Positions 48,173-57,782 of a DNA stretch of 64,000 nt are shown piece by piece. The notes under the pieces were generated by a model. It was given only the letters and a program-made list of their open reading frames with translations. It was not told the origin of the DNA and made no database searches. This DNA comes from Chryseobacterium sp. GTDB lineage: Bacteria > Bacteroidota > Bacteroidia > Flavobacteriales > Weeksellaceae. Both the position numbers and the translations under genes were made by a program. The stretch is taken from assembly GCF_031277615.1 (NCBI RefSeq), contig NZ_JAITMC010000038.1. One strand, 5' to 3'. Each line of letters begins with the position of its first letter. The stretch's first letter is position 1.

Positions 48173-49444
48173 ATGAATACAGCACAGTTTTATCCTTTAC
48201 TGCTACAGGCAGATCAAGTGACCATCGATAGCAGAAAAATAGGGAAGAATGATATCTTCTTCGCTTTTTCCGGTGAAAATTTCAACGCAGCCACCCTGGC
48301 AGAAAAAGCGATAGACGATGGTGCGCTGGCAGTAATTGTAGAACAGACAGCATTTGAAAACCAGGACCGGAATATTTTCTATGTTCCGTCTACCCTGGAA
48401 TTCCTTCAGGAGCTCGCCGTTTACCACAGGAATCAGCTTCGGATTCCTGTTATAGGTTTAACGGGAAGTAATGGTAAAACAACCACCAAAGAGCTTATTC
48501 ATGCCGTGCTTTCGGAGAAATACAATGTTCAGTATACCATAGGGAATCTGAATAACCATATCGGAGTGCCCCTCACCATTCTTTCCATAAAAAAAGAACA
48601 TGAAATGGCTGTCATCGAAATGGGAGCCAATCATCAGAAAGAAATAGAACTTTTGTGTACGATCTCGCAACCCGATTTCGGATATATTACCAATTTCGGG
48701 AAAGCGCATTTAGAAGGTTTCGGAGGTTTTGAAGGGGTGATCAAAGGAAAGTCTGAACTGTATGACTACCTGAAAAATAACGGGCAAACCATTGTTGTCA
48801 ACGAAAATGATCCGATTCAGAAAGAAAAAGCAGAAGGTTATACCCCTATAATTACTTTTGGAAGTAAAGACTCGGACTATCAGTTCGTTCTGGTTTCAGA
48901 AGACCATTTTGTAGGATTGGAATACAACGGTGAAAAAGCAGTATCAAAGCTTACGGGAGAATACAACTTTACGAATCTCTGTGCGGCGGCAAGCCTGGGA
49001 CTGCATTTCGGGATCAGCTTTGAAAAGATCAGGCATGCTGTGGAAAGCTATACGCCAACCAATATGCGTTCGCAGGTCGTAAAGAAAGACAGCAGAACCT
49101 TGGTCTTGGATACCTATAATGCCAATCCGAGTTCTATGACCGCCTCTCTGAATAACTTTATCTCTTTTGAAGGCCGTAAGACAATCATTATCGGCGATAT
49201 GCTTGAGCTGGGAGAAGAAAGTATACCGGAACACCGGAACATTCTGGAACTGGCTCAGAAATTAGGCTTTGATGAGGTCATTACGGTAGGAAAGAACTTT
49301 AAAGCTGTTCATTCATCAGCAGTATCTTTTGAAAACACGGCAGAACTTATCGATTACCTGAAGCAGCATCAGATATTGTCTGAAAATATTCTCTTAAAAG
49401 GATCCAGAGGAATTGCGTTGGAAAAATCTATAGAATTTATTTAG
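48173..49444 (+). CDS. murF: UDP-N-acetylmuramoyl-tripeptide--D-Ala-D-Ala ligase
   Basis: GLTGSNGKTTTKE, NLNNHIGVP, IEMGANH, DTYNANPSSM, LLKGSRG. Confidence 0.97.
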   Translation: MNTAQFYPLLLQADQVTIDSRKIGKNDIFFAFSGENFNAATLAEKAIDDGALAVIVEQTAFENQDRNIFYVPSTLEFLQELAVYHRNQLRIPVIGLTGSNGKTTTKELIHAVLSEKYNVQYTIGNLNNHIGVPLTILSIKKEHEMAVIEMGANHQKEIELLCTISQPDFGYITNFGKAHLEGFGGFEGVIKGKSELYDYLKNNGQTIVVNENDPIQKEKAEGYTPIITFGSKDSDYQFVLVSEDHFVGLEYNGEKAVSKLTGEYNFTNLCAAASLGLHFGISFEKIRHAVESYTPTNMRSQVVKKDSRTLVLDTYNANPSSMTASLNNFISFEGRKTIIIGDMLELGEESIPEHRNILELAQKLGFDEVITVGKNFKAVHSSAVSFENTAELIDYLKQHQILSENILLKGSRGIALEKSIEFI

Positions 49445-50048
49445 GCTGGGAATTCCGGAATTCATCAACGATCAACCGGATATTTTTGAAGGTGCTTGGA
49501 AAAACTTCGTTCTCAATCTGTGATGTATTTTTCCAGGCCACTTCTGTAATGCCTTCCTCAATCTGTGGTTTTGAAGTGTCTTCACCGTCGAAATACATTT
49601 CAAACCAATGTGTGCATTTCAGAATTTTCTCCCCGTTTCTTTCAATATAAATATGATAAGTGGTATTGATGAACCGGATCAGTTCAACATCCCTTAAGCC
49701 TGTTTCCTCCTCAATCTCTCTTACGGCAGACTCTTCACGGGATTCCCCTTTCTCCATTTTCCCCTTCGGAAGATCCCATTTCCCGAGCCTTTTAATGAAA
49801 AGTAGGTCCCCATCCGGATTATTGACCAGTCCTCCGGCGGCCTCTATGATTCTGAAAAGCCCCTGAAACTCTTTCCAGATCTCATCTATATTCTCACCGA
49901 ATACATTAAGTTCGTTCACCGAGGTGTTCTCCAAAAGATCCAGTGCGATCTCTAAAGTTGTGAAACTTTCATACTTAAGCTCTTTTTCGAGATGCTCAGG
50001 ATGCTTAGACACCAATAATTTTTTTTCGTTCACAAAAACTTTATACAT
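49437..50048 (-). CDS. NUDIX hydrolase
   Basis: Nudix box GKMEKGESREESAVREIEEETG; 8-nt convergent overlap with murF. Confidence 0.93.
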   Translation of the reverse strand: MYKVFVNEKKLLVSKHPEHLEKELKYESFTTLEIALDLLENTSVNELNVFGENIDEIWKEFQGLFRIIEAAGGLVNNPDGDLLFIKRLGKWDLPKGKMEKGESREESAVREIEEETGLRDVELIRFINTTYHIYIERNGEKILKCTHWFEMYFDGEDTSKPQIEEGITEVAWKNTSQIENEVFPSTFKNIRLIVDEFRNSQPK

Positions 50049-50084
50049 TTGTAAGAATTAAGAATTTAAATACAAAAATAAAAA

Positions 50085-50474
50085 ATGAATTTAGAAGGAC
50101 GAAAAATTATTGTCAATAAATCATCTAAGGAGTTATCAGAATTATTGAAAACCCCTGAGAACTATAAAGATTTCATGCCGGACGGTCTTCAGAAATTTGA
50201 AACCAGAGACAACGGATTTAAATTTGGACTTCAGGGAATGCCTGAAATTGCTTTAAAAATTGATGAGGTAACCGACCAGAAAGCGGTTTTGAAATCAGCA
50301 AGCTCCAGTTTAGATTTCTCTCTAACGGCAACTTTGAATCCTGTAAACGAAAATCAGACTGAAGTTCAGATGCTTTTTGAAGGAAAATTCAATCCGTTCA
50401 TCAAAATGATGGTAGAAAAACCGCTTCAGAATTTTATCAATACCTTAACAGATAAGATCGAAGCTTACAAATAA
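50085..50474 (+). CDS. SRPBCC (START-like) family protein
   Basis: 129 aa; ENYKDFMP, GMPEIAL, FEGKFNPFIKMMVEKPLQNFI. Confidence 0.75.
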   Translation: MNLEGRKIIVNKSSKELSELLKTPENYKDFMPDGLQKFETRDNGFKFGLQGMPEIALKIDEVTDQKAVLKSASSSLDFSLTATLNPVNENQTEVQMLFEGKFNPFIKMMVEKPLQNFINTLTDKIEAYK

Positions 50475-50479
50475 AAACT

Positions 50480-50507
50480 AAAAACCTTCAGTACTGGAGG
50501 TTTTTTT
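50480..50507. terminator. Bidirectional terminator between the SRPBCC gene and anmK
   Basis: AAAAACCTTCAG-TA-CTGGAGGTTTTT. Confidence 0.75.
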
Positions 50508-51549
50508 ATGCCATTATTCCTGAGCTGTGATCAGAAGAGCTGCCGGTTGCTGAAGAAAGAACATTCACTTCGTTATTCATTCTTAAAACGCCCATAAAGC
50601 CAAAAATCAAAGCTTCTTTATGATCGATGATCTCTTTTTCCGGAATGATGATTTCTGCGGTGGTTTTTTCCTGAATTTTCTCCACCAGAAAAGTATTATA
50701 AGTGCCGCCGCCGGTGAAAAGGATGTTCTTTAAGTGATGTTCGTTGATTACTGTTGAAATCTGCTGGGCTACATGTTCTGTAAAAGAAGCCATCGCATCC
50801 GTAGTTTCGATGTTGTCAAGCAATGGGAAAACATTCTGAATACACCATTCGATGCCCAATGATTTCGGATGAGGAAGTTGATAGAACGCTAAAGAATTAA
50901 GCTGATCGATAAGGTCGGGGTTGATATTGCCTTTTCTGGCAAGATCTCCGTTTTCATCAAAGCTTTTGCCTAGCTTCTGAGCAAGTCTGTTCAGAACAAT
51001 ATTGACCGGTGCAATGTCAAAAGCAATTCTTTTTCCGTTTTTCTGTAAGGAAATGTTGGAGAATCCACCCAGATTAAGACAGGCATCATATTCCGGAAAC
51101 AGCAGCTGGTCGCCGATAGGAACCAAAGGGGCGCCGTTTCCTCCCATCAGTACATCCTGACTTCTGAAGTCGTAAACCACCGGAAAATCTGTTTCCAGTT
51201 TAATGGCTCTGCCGTCACCAATCTGAAGGGTAAATTTTTTTTGAGGCTGATGAAATACCGTATGGCCGTGTGATCCTATCAGTCCGATGTCTTCAAGCTG
51301 ATGCTTACGGATGAATTCCTTCACCTGTTGTCCCAGATAAAAACCATAGGCTGAATGAAGCTCCAGAAGCTCTTCTGAGGAAAGATTCACTGAATTTTTC
51401 AGTTTTTCTTCCCATTCAGCAGAGTAGGGGAACGTTTCTGCTTTCAGGATTTCAAAAGTCCAGCGGTCGCTCTTTTCAAAAGAAGCGTAACATAGGTCCA
51501 GACCATCCAGACTGGTTCCTGACATTAATCCAAGAGCCCGTATTTTCAT
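50506..51549 (-). CDS. anmK: Anhydro-N-acetylmuramic acid kinase
   Basis: GLMSGTSLDGLD, SHGHTVFH, DFRSQDV...GGNGAPLVP, LNLGGFSNI, GGGTYN. Confidence 0.95.
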   Translation of the reverse strand: MKIRALGLMSGTSLDGLDLCYASFEKSDRWTFEILKAETFPYSAEWEEKLKNSVNLSSEELLELHSAYGFYLGQQVKEFIRKHQLEDIGLIGSHGHTVFHQPQKKFTLQIGDGRAIKLETDFPVVYDFRSQDVLMGGNGAPLVPIGDQLLFPEYDACLNLGGFSNISLQKNGKRIAFDIAPVNIVLNRLAQKLGKSFDENGDLARKGNINPDLIDQLNSLAFYQLPHPKSLGIEWCIQNVFPLLDNIETTDAMASFTEHVAQQISTVINEHHLKNILFTGGGTYNTFLVEKIQEKTTAEIIIPEKEIIDHKEALIFGFMGVLRMNNEVNVLSSATGSSSDHSSGIMA

Positions 51550-52148
51550 TACTGTGGTGTTTTTTTATCCTGGGAAAGCCTTTGAGAACTGAAATTCCCT
51601 GAATTGTTGTAGAATGTATATTCAGAGAAGTCATCTTTGGCCGTCATTCCGTTAGCACCTACCAGCGTAGAGCCGTCTTCCATAGTCACATATACTGTAT
51701 CCTTGGTATAGATCCGGTTTTTTCTCTGATCCCAGAAAATACTCTGCATGGCAAACCGTTGGCCTTCATTGGTGGTGATTTTTACATCGCCTTTTGCTTC
51801 ATAAAACTTTTTGTATTCAAAAAAACGGGCATATTTTGCGGTAATTTTTCCAGGAACTTTAGGCTTCTTTTTATCGAAAAACTCAATATTGATTCCTCTT
51901 CTGGCAACAGAATAAGGGCTGTCGATAAGTTCATATTTTTCAATAATAGGAGCTTTGGCCTTTAAAGTAATAAAGCCGGAATCACGCTGAATGATATTCG
52001 CGTTGTTAATAATCTGTGAAGGAAAGTTCTTGGTGTCTTTTCCGTTCCGTTTCGTAAGATCTTCTTCACAGGAAGTCAATATAAAAAATATAGCACAACT
52101 AAAAAGGCATGCTATATTTTTATATGATATTTTGTATGAAAAATTCAT
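51549..52148 (-). CDS. lptC: LPS export periplasmic protein LptC; probable start near 52148
   Basis: LTSC lipobox; beta-jellyroll pattern (KITAKYA...YEAKGDVKI...SIFWD...IYTKDTVYV). Confidence 0.85.
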   Translation of the reverse strand: MNFSYKISYKNIACLFSCAIFFILTSCEEDLTKRNGKDTKNFPSQIINNANIIQRDSGFITLKAKAPIIEKYELIDSPYSVARRGINIEFFDKKKPKVPGKITAKYARFFEYKKFYEAKGDVKITTNEGQRFAMQSIFWDQRKNRIYTKDTVYVTMEDGSTLVGANGMTAKDDFSEYTFYNNSGNFSSQRLSQDKKTPQ

Positions 52149-52149
52149 G

Positions 52150-53460
52150 TTAGTTATACAGATTCTTTCTGAACCATTTATCAGCAAAATTGAAGCCGAC
52201 TCTCAGGTTGATAAAGTTCTGGTTGATCAGATTATTCTTAGTGGTTCCTCTCTTTCCTACTTCAACGCCTAATTCAAGACCGCTCATTCTGGTAATGCTG
52301 CTGGTTTTGAACGGAAGCATTACTCCGGCAGAGATCCCGAATTTATTGATGCTGTGACCGTCTAATTTCAGATTTCCTCTTTCATAGAATGCCCCATACC
52401 GGTAAATCACTCTGGAGAAATAGTTTCTGAAGTTGTTATAGTTCGGAAGGTACCAACCTCCGGCAGAAACTCTGTAGCTGTCCTGGAAGTCAAGAGTTTT
52501 TCCGAAATAAGAGATGTCTTCCCCTTTTTTATAATCAATCTGACCGGACAGGAACCAGTGATTCTCGCTACCGTAACCTACCCCTAAAGAGGCCTGTACC
52601 GGAAGAAGATTCTTGGAGCTGGTACTTTTCTGCTCAATGATACTTTCATTCGCTTTCCCCGTTTGTGCCTGTATATTGGAATAGGTATAGGTACTGTTGG
52701 TATAGTCCGTAACCATATTGCTGGTATTCCCGAAAGTAGCGGTTGCCCCGATCGTAAGCTTCTTATCAGTACGGGGATTCACACTCTGGTAGCTACCACC
52801 CAGGGTAAAGTTGAAGTTTTTAATGTTGTTTTTAGTCTCGTAACCATTGATCAGGTCAGACGGAACACCGTTATAAGAAGAGGTAAATTCATTAAGGTCA
52901 TACAGATTTCCGAAATAAAGATTCGCTCTTAAACCTACCGCAAACTGTTGGTTGATTTTATAGGAAACAGCTGCCTGAGCCGTATTCAATGTTCCGCTTC
53001 CTTTAAAGCGGTTTCCATATACTGCCTTTGTTCCGTCCTCTAAAGTTACATTCTCGGTATTTACAATATCATAACTTTTAGAACTGTATGGCTGGTAAGA
53101 AAGTCCCATTTTTACCTTTGAAGACAAAGGAAAAGCCAGTGCAATATTAGAAAGATACGTAGAATGTTTGGTCGCCTTCGTATCGTTATAATTAGTTTTG
53201 AAGTAATTGTTTTCGTTGGTTGCTTCCAGTCTGATGCTTGTAAGCTCGAAGTTGGAGTTGTTTGCAGGGTTTGCAAAGTTGAAGCTGCTTGTGAAATCAC
53301 TGATGTAAGCAGTAGATATACCACCCATAGAGGCAGTTTCAATCGTATTATCATATTTTACATCTCCGATCCCGTAAGTGGCATAAGGGGAGTTACTTAT
53401 GCTCTGTGCATTCAGGAAGTATCCAGCTGATATGAATGATACTACAAAGATTTTTTTCAT
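52150..53460 (-). CDS. Uncharacterized outer-membrane beta-barrel (FadL/Toluene_X-like)
   Basis: Signal peptide; SNSPYATYGIGD, MGG, NFANPA; ends LRVGFNFADKWF. Confidence 0.8.
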   Translation of the reverse strand: MKKIFVVSFISAGYFLNAQSISNSPYATYGIGDVKYDNTIETASMGGISTAYISDFTSSFNFANPANNSNFELTSIRLEATNENNYFKTNYNDTKATKHSTYLSNIALAFPLSSKVKMGLSYQPYSSKSYDIVNTENVTLEDGTKAVYGNRFKGSGTLNTAQAAVSYKINQQFAVGLRANLYFGNLYDLNEFTSSYNGVPSDLINGYETKNNIKNFNFTLGGSYQSVNPRTDKKLTIGATATFGNTSNMVTDYTNSTYTYSNIQAQTGKANESIIEQKSTSSKNLLPVQASLGVGYGSENHWFLSGQIDYKKGEDISYFGKTLDFQDSYRVSAGGWYLPNYNNFRNYFSRVIYRYGAFYERGNLKLDGHSINKFGISAGVMLPFKTSSITRMSGLELGVEVGKRGTTKNNLINQNFINLRVGFNFADKWFRKNLYN

Positions 53461-53813
53461 TCTTTATTTTTAAAACAATGCGCAAATATCTTAAATATTA
53501 ATGAATTGTAAAAATTATATGTGGTTAAAGTTTGTTAAGGAGGGTAGGGAAGCGGAAAAGTTGATGGATATTGAATAATTCATGGTGAATAGTGAATCGG
53601 CAATAGGCGTTGCCGTGAATGTATTATGATGACTGACTTGAAATTATTCATATTTTGTAGTGTAAATAAAGAATTTTTGAATAGTGAGTCTTCTTCCCGG
53701 CTGATGAGGTCTGCGGACTAAAAGTCATTCTGAAATTCAGGATTCATCTGCACACCAACCCCATCATTCATATTTAATATGATATTCTGCTTCAGATTTT
53801 TTATCTTTGGAAC

Positions 53814-54932
53814 ATGAATTGGGAGAACATTGCCGGACAGCAGAACCTGAAACAACTTCTTAAAGATAGCATTGCCGAAAACAGAGTAAGCCATGCCCAG
53901 CTTTTTACAGGAAAAGAGGGCTATGGGACCTTTCCTATGGTATTAGCCTATGCCAGAGAAATTTTAAGCAGAGAGAACGAACATGCCGCCTCCAAAGTGG
54001 AGCATCTGAACCATCTTGACCTGCATTTCAGCTTTCCGGTTTTTACGGATAACAAAAACTCTTTGAGCAAAAATAAATTTGAAGAATTCCGGGAAATGAT
54101 CATGGCTTCTCCCTATGCCAGCTACGACGACTGGACTGCCTTTCTGGAATCTGAAAATAAACAGCTCTTTATTTCTGCCGACGAAATAGATGATCAGAAC
54201 CAGAAATTTGCTTTGAAAAGTTTTGAAGGCGGAACCAAGATCCTGATTGTCTGGAGAGCCGATAAAATGAATGTGGCCGCTTCCAACAAATTTTTAAAAT
54301 TCCTTGAAGAGCCTCCTGCGAAGACGATTATTCTTCTGACTGCAGAAAATACCAATGATATTCTTCCTACTATTCTTTCAAGAACCCAGATTGTAGAGGT
54401 TCCAAGAATCAGTGATGAAGATCTTGAGGCCTTCCTTAAAAATAATTTTTCCATTTCTGAAGAAAAAGTACGTGAAATTGTACACGAAGCTCAGGGAAAT
54501 TTAAATGACGCCATAAAACTCATGAACTCCGGACATAAATCCGACGAGTTTGAAAAGCTGTTCGTACAATGGGTGCGTGATGCATTTATGGTGAAAAAGA
54601 AACCTCAGTTCCTGAAGAGTATTATCTTTTGGGCCAGGGAAATTGCCGGATGGAACAGGGAAAAACAGAAAAATTTCCTCAACTACTGTTCTGAGATTTT
54701 CCGGTTGGCACTGCTTCAGAACTATCAGTCGGAAAGTCTGGTGTATAAAAAGATTAATGCTGACGGGTTTAATTGGGCAGGATTTTCAAAATTCATCAGT
54801 GGAGCCAATATCGAAAGCATTCTGGAGGAGATTAATACCGCAGATCTTCATCTCACCAGAAACGGAAACCCTAAGATCGTCTGGACAGATCTTGGGATAA
54901 AACTTTCGAGATACATTCATAAAAATTCCTAA
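53814..54932 (+). CDS. holB: DNA polymerase III subunit delta'
   Basis: WENIAGQ, HAQLFTG, KFLEEPP, ILPTILSR; TATCTTTG -7 element at 53802-53809. Confidence 0.88.
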   Translation: MNWENIAGQQNLKQLLKDSIAENRVSHAQLFTGKEGYGTFPMVLAYAREILSRENEHAASKVEHLNHLDLHFSFPVFTDNKNSLSKNKFEEFREMIMASPYASYDDWTAFLESENKQLFISADEIDDQNQKFALKSFEGGTKILIVWRADKMNVAASNKFLKFLEEPPAKTIILLTAENTNDILPTILSRTQIVEVPRISDEDLEAFLKNNFSISEEKVREIVHEAQGNLNDAIKLMNSGHKSDEFEKLFVQWVRDAFMVKKKPQFLKSIIFWAREIAGWNREKQKNFLNYCSEIFRLALLQNYQSESLVYKKINADGFNWAGFSKFISGANIESILEEINTADLHLTRNGNPKIVWTDLGIKLSRYIHKNS

Positions 54933-55155
54933 AAACCGTTTTCAGAAACTTTGCTGATCTTTGGAAATTCTTTTTCCGAATGCCTCTTACGTTTGCTTGA
55001 AGAATAACTACGCTTATCTGTAAAATACCTGCACTTGCTGTTTGGTGTTTTCTTGGTTTTGAATGACCTGGTATATTTAAAGAAGAACTTCAGGAATTTT
55101 TATCACGAAAGACCTGAAGGATTGTTTTTGCTTAAATCACTAAACAAATTATAAT

Positions 55156-56355
55156 ATGAAAACAATTAAAACTTCTTTAAGCCTGCTTATCTTGTTAGGA
55201 ACAGGAATGAGCGTGGCTGCTCAAAATGTATGGGGAACAACAGATGTTCCTACAACCACCTCAGGAAATGTAGGGATTGCCACTACGACACCGGCGGCAA
55301 AACTGGATATCAATTCAAGTTCTGTTTCCGCTTTAAAGATCAATCATACCCAGATTTTGGGCGGAACCAACCCCACCAATATTATGGAAGTGTACAAGAA
55401 AATCAATGTCCTTTCGGGTTCACCTGCACTAATCAGCTGGTTAGGGACCAATGGAATTTTCGGACTTAGCTCCTTATCCAATACAGCTAATGAAAACAGG
55501 ATGGTATACAGTGACGGGGCAGGAAATATTAAATCACCCAATATTAAACTTTACTCCAATCCGTACTCCAATAACGGAATAATAAATTCTCTTGGCGGGA
55601 TTTCAAAATTTGATTTTATTAATATTTACACCGGAAGTCAGGCCGTTAACCTGATGTGCAGAACAGATAATGAGCTGGAACTGGTAGGAAATTTAGATGT
55701 AATGTTTAATGTAAAAGCCATATCCTTCCTTTCCTCTTCCGATAAAAGATTAAAAGACAATATAAAACCTCTGAGCGGTTCTTCCCCGAATTTATTGAAC
55801 ATCAGTTCCTATTCCTATACATTTAAAGAGAAAAAGGAGGCCGAAAAAAGAAATGATACCCAAAAACTCCATTTTGGTTTTATGGCCCAGGAGGTAGAGA
55901 AAGAATTTCCCAATCTGGTCAGCATAGACGAAAAAGGAAATTACGCGCTTAACTATATAGAATTTATTCCCCTGTTGCTCAATGAACTCAAAGATCAGAA
56001 AAAGGAAATTAATGATCTGAAGACTAAAATGGAAGCAATGGAAGCCAAAATTGATGCGCTGGCAGGAAACAGAACTGCTCAGGCCAATACAGTAAGCACT
56101 TCCTCATTTTCATTGGAACAGAATGTCCCGAATCCTTTCAACAAGGAAACCATAATCCGATTTAATGCAGAAGGGGAGCATATTATGATTGGAGTATATG
56201 ATTCCAGCGGCAGACAGCTTCAATCGATTCCCGTAAAAAAGGGTGAAAAACAGATCACAGTTTCTGCGAATACCCTGACTCCGGGGGTGTATATTTATAA
56301 TCTGGTAGCCAATGGAAAGCTGGTGGATTCAAAGAAAATGATGGTAACCCATTAA
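55156..56355 (+). CDS. Secreted tail-fibre-like protein with peptidase S74 autocleaving chaperone, coiled coil and T9SS CTD
   Basis: Signal peptide; GNVGIATTTPAAKLDI; SSDKRLKDNI...GFMAQEVEKEFP...LNYIEFIPLL; heptads; EQNVPNPFN...VYDSSGR...GVYIYNL...KKMMV. Confidence 0.88.
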   Translation: MKTIKTSLSLLILLGTGMSVAAQNVWGTTDVPTTTSGNVGIATTTPAAKLDINSSSVSALKINHTQILGGTNPTNIMEVYKKINVLSGSPALISWLGTNGIFGLSSLSNTANENRMVYSDGAGNIKSPNIKLYSNPYSNNGIINSLGGISKFDFINIYTGSQAVNLMCRTDNELELVGNLDVMFNVKAISFLSSSDKRLKDNIKPLSGSSPNLLNISSYSYTFKEKKEAEKRNDTQKLHFGFMAQEVEKEFPNLVSIDEKGNYALNYIEFIPLLLNELKDQKKEINDLKTKMEAMEAKIDALAGNRTAQANTVSTSSFSLEQNVPNPFNKETIIRFNAEGEHIMIGVYDSSGRQLQSIPVKKGEKQITVSANTLTPGVYIYNLVANGKLVDSKKMMVTH

Positions 56356-56375
56356 ATGGTGGATATAATAAGATT

Positions 56376-56410
56376 AAAGGATCTGCTTCAGTGGTGAAGC
56401 GGATCCTTTA
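56376..56410 (+). terminator. Terminator after the S74 protein
   Basis: AAAGGATCTGCTTCA-GTGG-TGAAGCGGATCCTTT. Confidence 0.75.
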
Positions 56411-56543
56411 TGATAAACAACGATCTGTTATTCCCGTTTTTTTCGTGATCTGAAATGAATCGGATACTTCCAGGTTTTTAGAATAACAGATTCTTAATTT
56501 GCTTTATCCTCTTGTTTTTTGCCTGCCTAGGAAAATTTTCTGT

Positions 56544-57659
56544 TTACGAATTTTTTAATGAGGACTGGAATTCCTGAAGCTCTTTTTCCATAAAATCAGG
56601 ATCATTGGTTTGTTTCCGTACCGATTTAATAGTCCCGATCGTACTTTCGACAGCCGTTTTGAACCACGGAAACTCCTGACTTAAAGAGGTAAGCTTTGCC
56701 AGTGCTCTTAAAGAATTACCGGTCTGTGAGAGCTGTACGGCGTGTTCATATCTGAAAACCGGGCAGTAGTAGTATTCTTCAGCAACATGATCCCATGCAT
56801 CATTATCTGCTTCCGAATTCATCAGGTACAGCATGGCGAAAATGGAAGAATCGGTATAGCCTTCAGAGAATCTGAAACAATCGAAGACAGACTCCGTATC
56901 ATTTCTCCGGGTCTTTTTGTCAAGTACCTCTTGAAACAGCTGATGTGAAAACTCTTTTTCAGACTGATTTCCCAATATATGGATGACCGTTGCATATTCC
57001 ACTTTTACCCGGTCATCTTCAGGATGGTTATGATAAGCGGTTTCAATATAATTTCTTGAAGATTGATTATCCAGCAATGCCCGGTGAAGTTTTGAAAGAG
57101 AAACAAGCTCTTCCTTCGTAAAGTCCCTTTTATCCGCCATTTTTTCCTCAAAATAAAGAAGTGCTTTTTTAGGATAGCGGTCTTTTACATACCGTTCTAT
57201 CACCTGCCAGTGATCAAGCTTTTCCAGTTGGGACTGATCCCAGAAACGGTACAATAATGAGATACGGTCCCATTTGGACTGAATATCAGCCCATTCTCTG
57301 AAAAGATCTTCATAAGTCTGATGGGCAGCCTGAATACTACCTTTCTCATCCTGCATCTGAAGGTTAACATCCAGACCCGGATCACTATGATATCTTTTGA
57401 AGGCTTCAGCCATCTCCAGGTCGAAACGGTTTCCTGCTTCATTGAATACAACGGCTGGTTCTTCAGGTAAGGGAGCAGTGATTTCTTCAGGTTCAACCAT
57501 CATATTCTCAACTGATACAGGAGGTATTTCTTCTGGTTTTACATCAGTCTCTTCGGGGAACGGAACAACCGTTATTTCTTCCGGAAAATCATTCTTAACC
57601 GCTACTGTATCTGTCTGATTTTTTTTCTTTCTCTTAAAAAGGAAATCAAATAAGCCCAT
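56544..57659 (-). CDS. Hypothetical helical (TPR-like) protein
   Basis: 371 aa; MGLFDFLFKRKK start, Pro/Glu-rich linker, helical C-terminal part. Confidence 0.75.
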   Translation of the reverse strand: MGLFDFLFKRKKKNQTDTVAVKNDFPEEITVVPFPEETDVKPEEIPPVSVENMMVEPEEITAPLPEEPAVVFNEAGNRFDLEMAEAFKRYHSDPGLDVNLQMQDEKGSIQAAHQTYEDLFREWADIQSKWDRISLLYRFWDQSQLEKLDHWQVIERYVKDRYPKKALLYFEEKMADKRDFTKEELVSLSKLHRALLDNQSSRNYIETAYHNHPEDDRVKVEYATVIHILGNQSEKEFSHQLFQEVLDKKTRRNDTESVFDCFRFSEGYTDSSIFAMLYLMNSEADNDAWDHVAEEYYYCPVFRYEHAVQLSQTGNSLRALAKLTSLSQEFPWFKTAVESTIGTIKSVRKQTNDPDFMEKELQEFQSSLKNS

Positions 57660-57719
57660 AGAAAATTTGTTTTCTGTAAATATAAATTAAATCTACATTA
57701 AATCTGTACTAAAAAAATC

Positions 57720-57759
57720 AATCAATCGTTTGATTTTTTGAAAATGTTCCGTACATTTG
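57720..57759 (+). promoter_or_regulatory. TetR operator overlapping the efflux-operon promoter
   Basis: Near-palindrome AATCAATCGTTTGATT (57720-57735) contains the TTTG -33 element (57729-57732); TACATTTG -7 element at 57752-57759, 19-nt spacer. Confidence 0.65.
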
Positions 57760-57782
57760 CGCCTTGAAAAAAATGAAGTGAT

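Noticed and set aside
53695-53745. Hammerhead-ribozyme-like CTGATGAG-GTC-TGCG-GAC motif
   Set aside because: The invariant GAAA after stem II is absent (TAAAA instead), and no stem I/III pairing could be built
55156-56355. Prophage remnant suggested by the tail-fibre/S74 domain
   Set aside because: The gene has a signal peptide and T9SS CTD, is flanked by holB and a terminator, and no other phage gene is nearby
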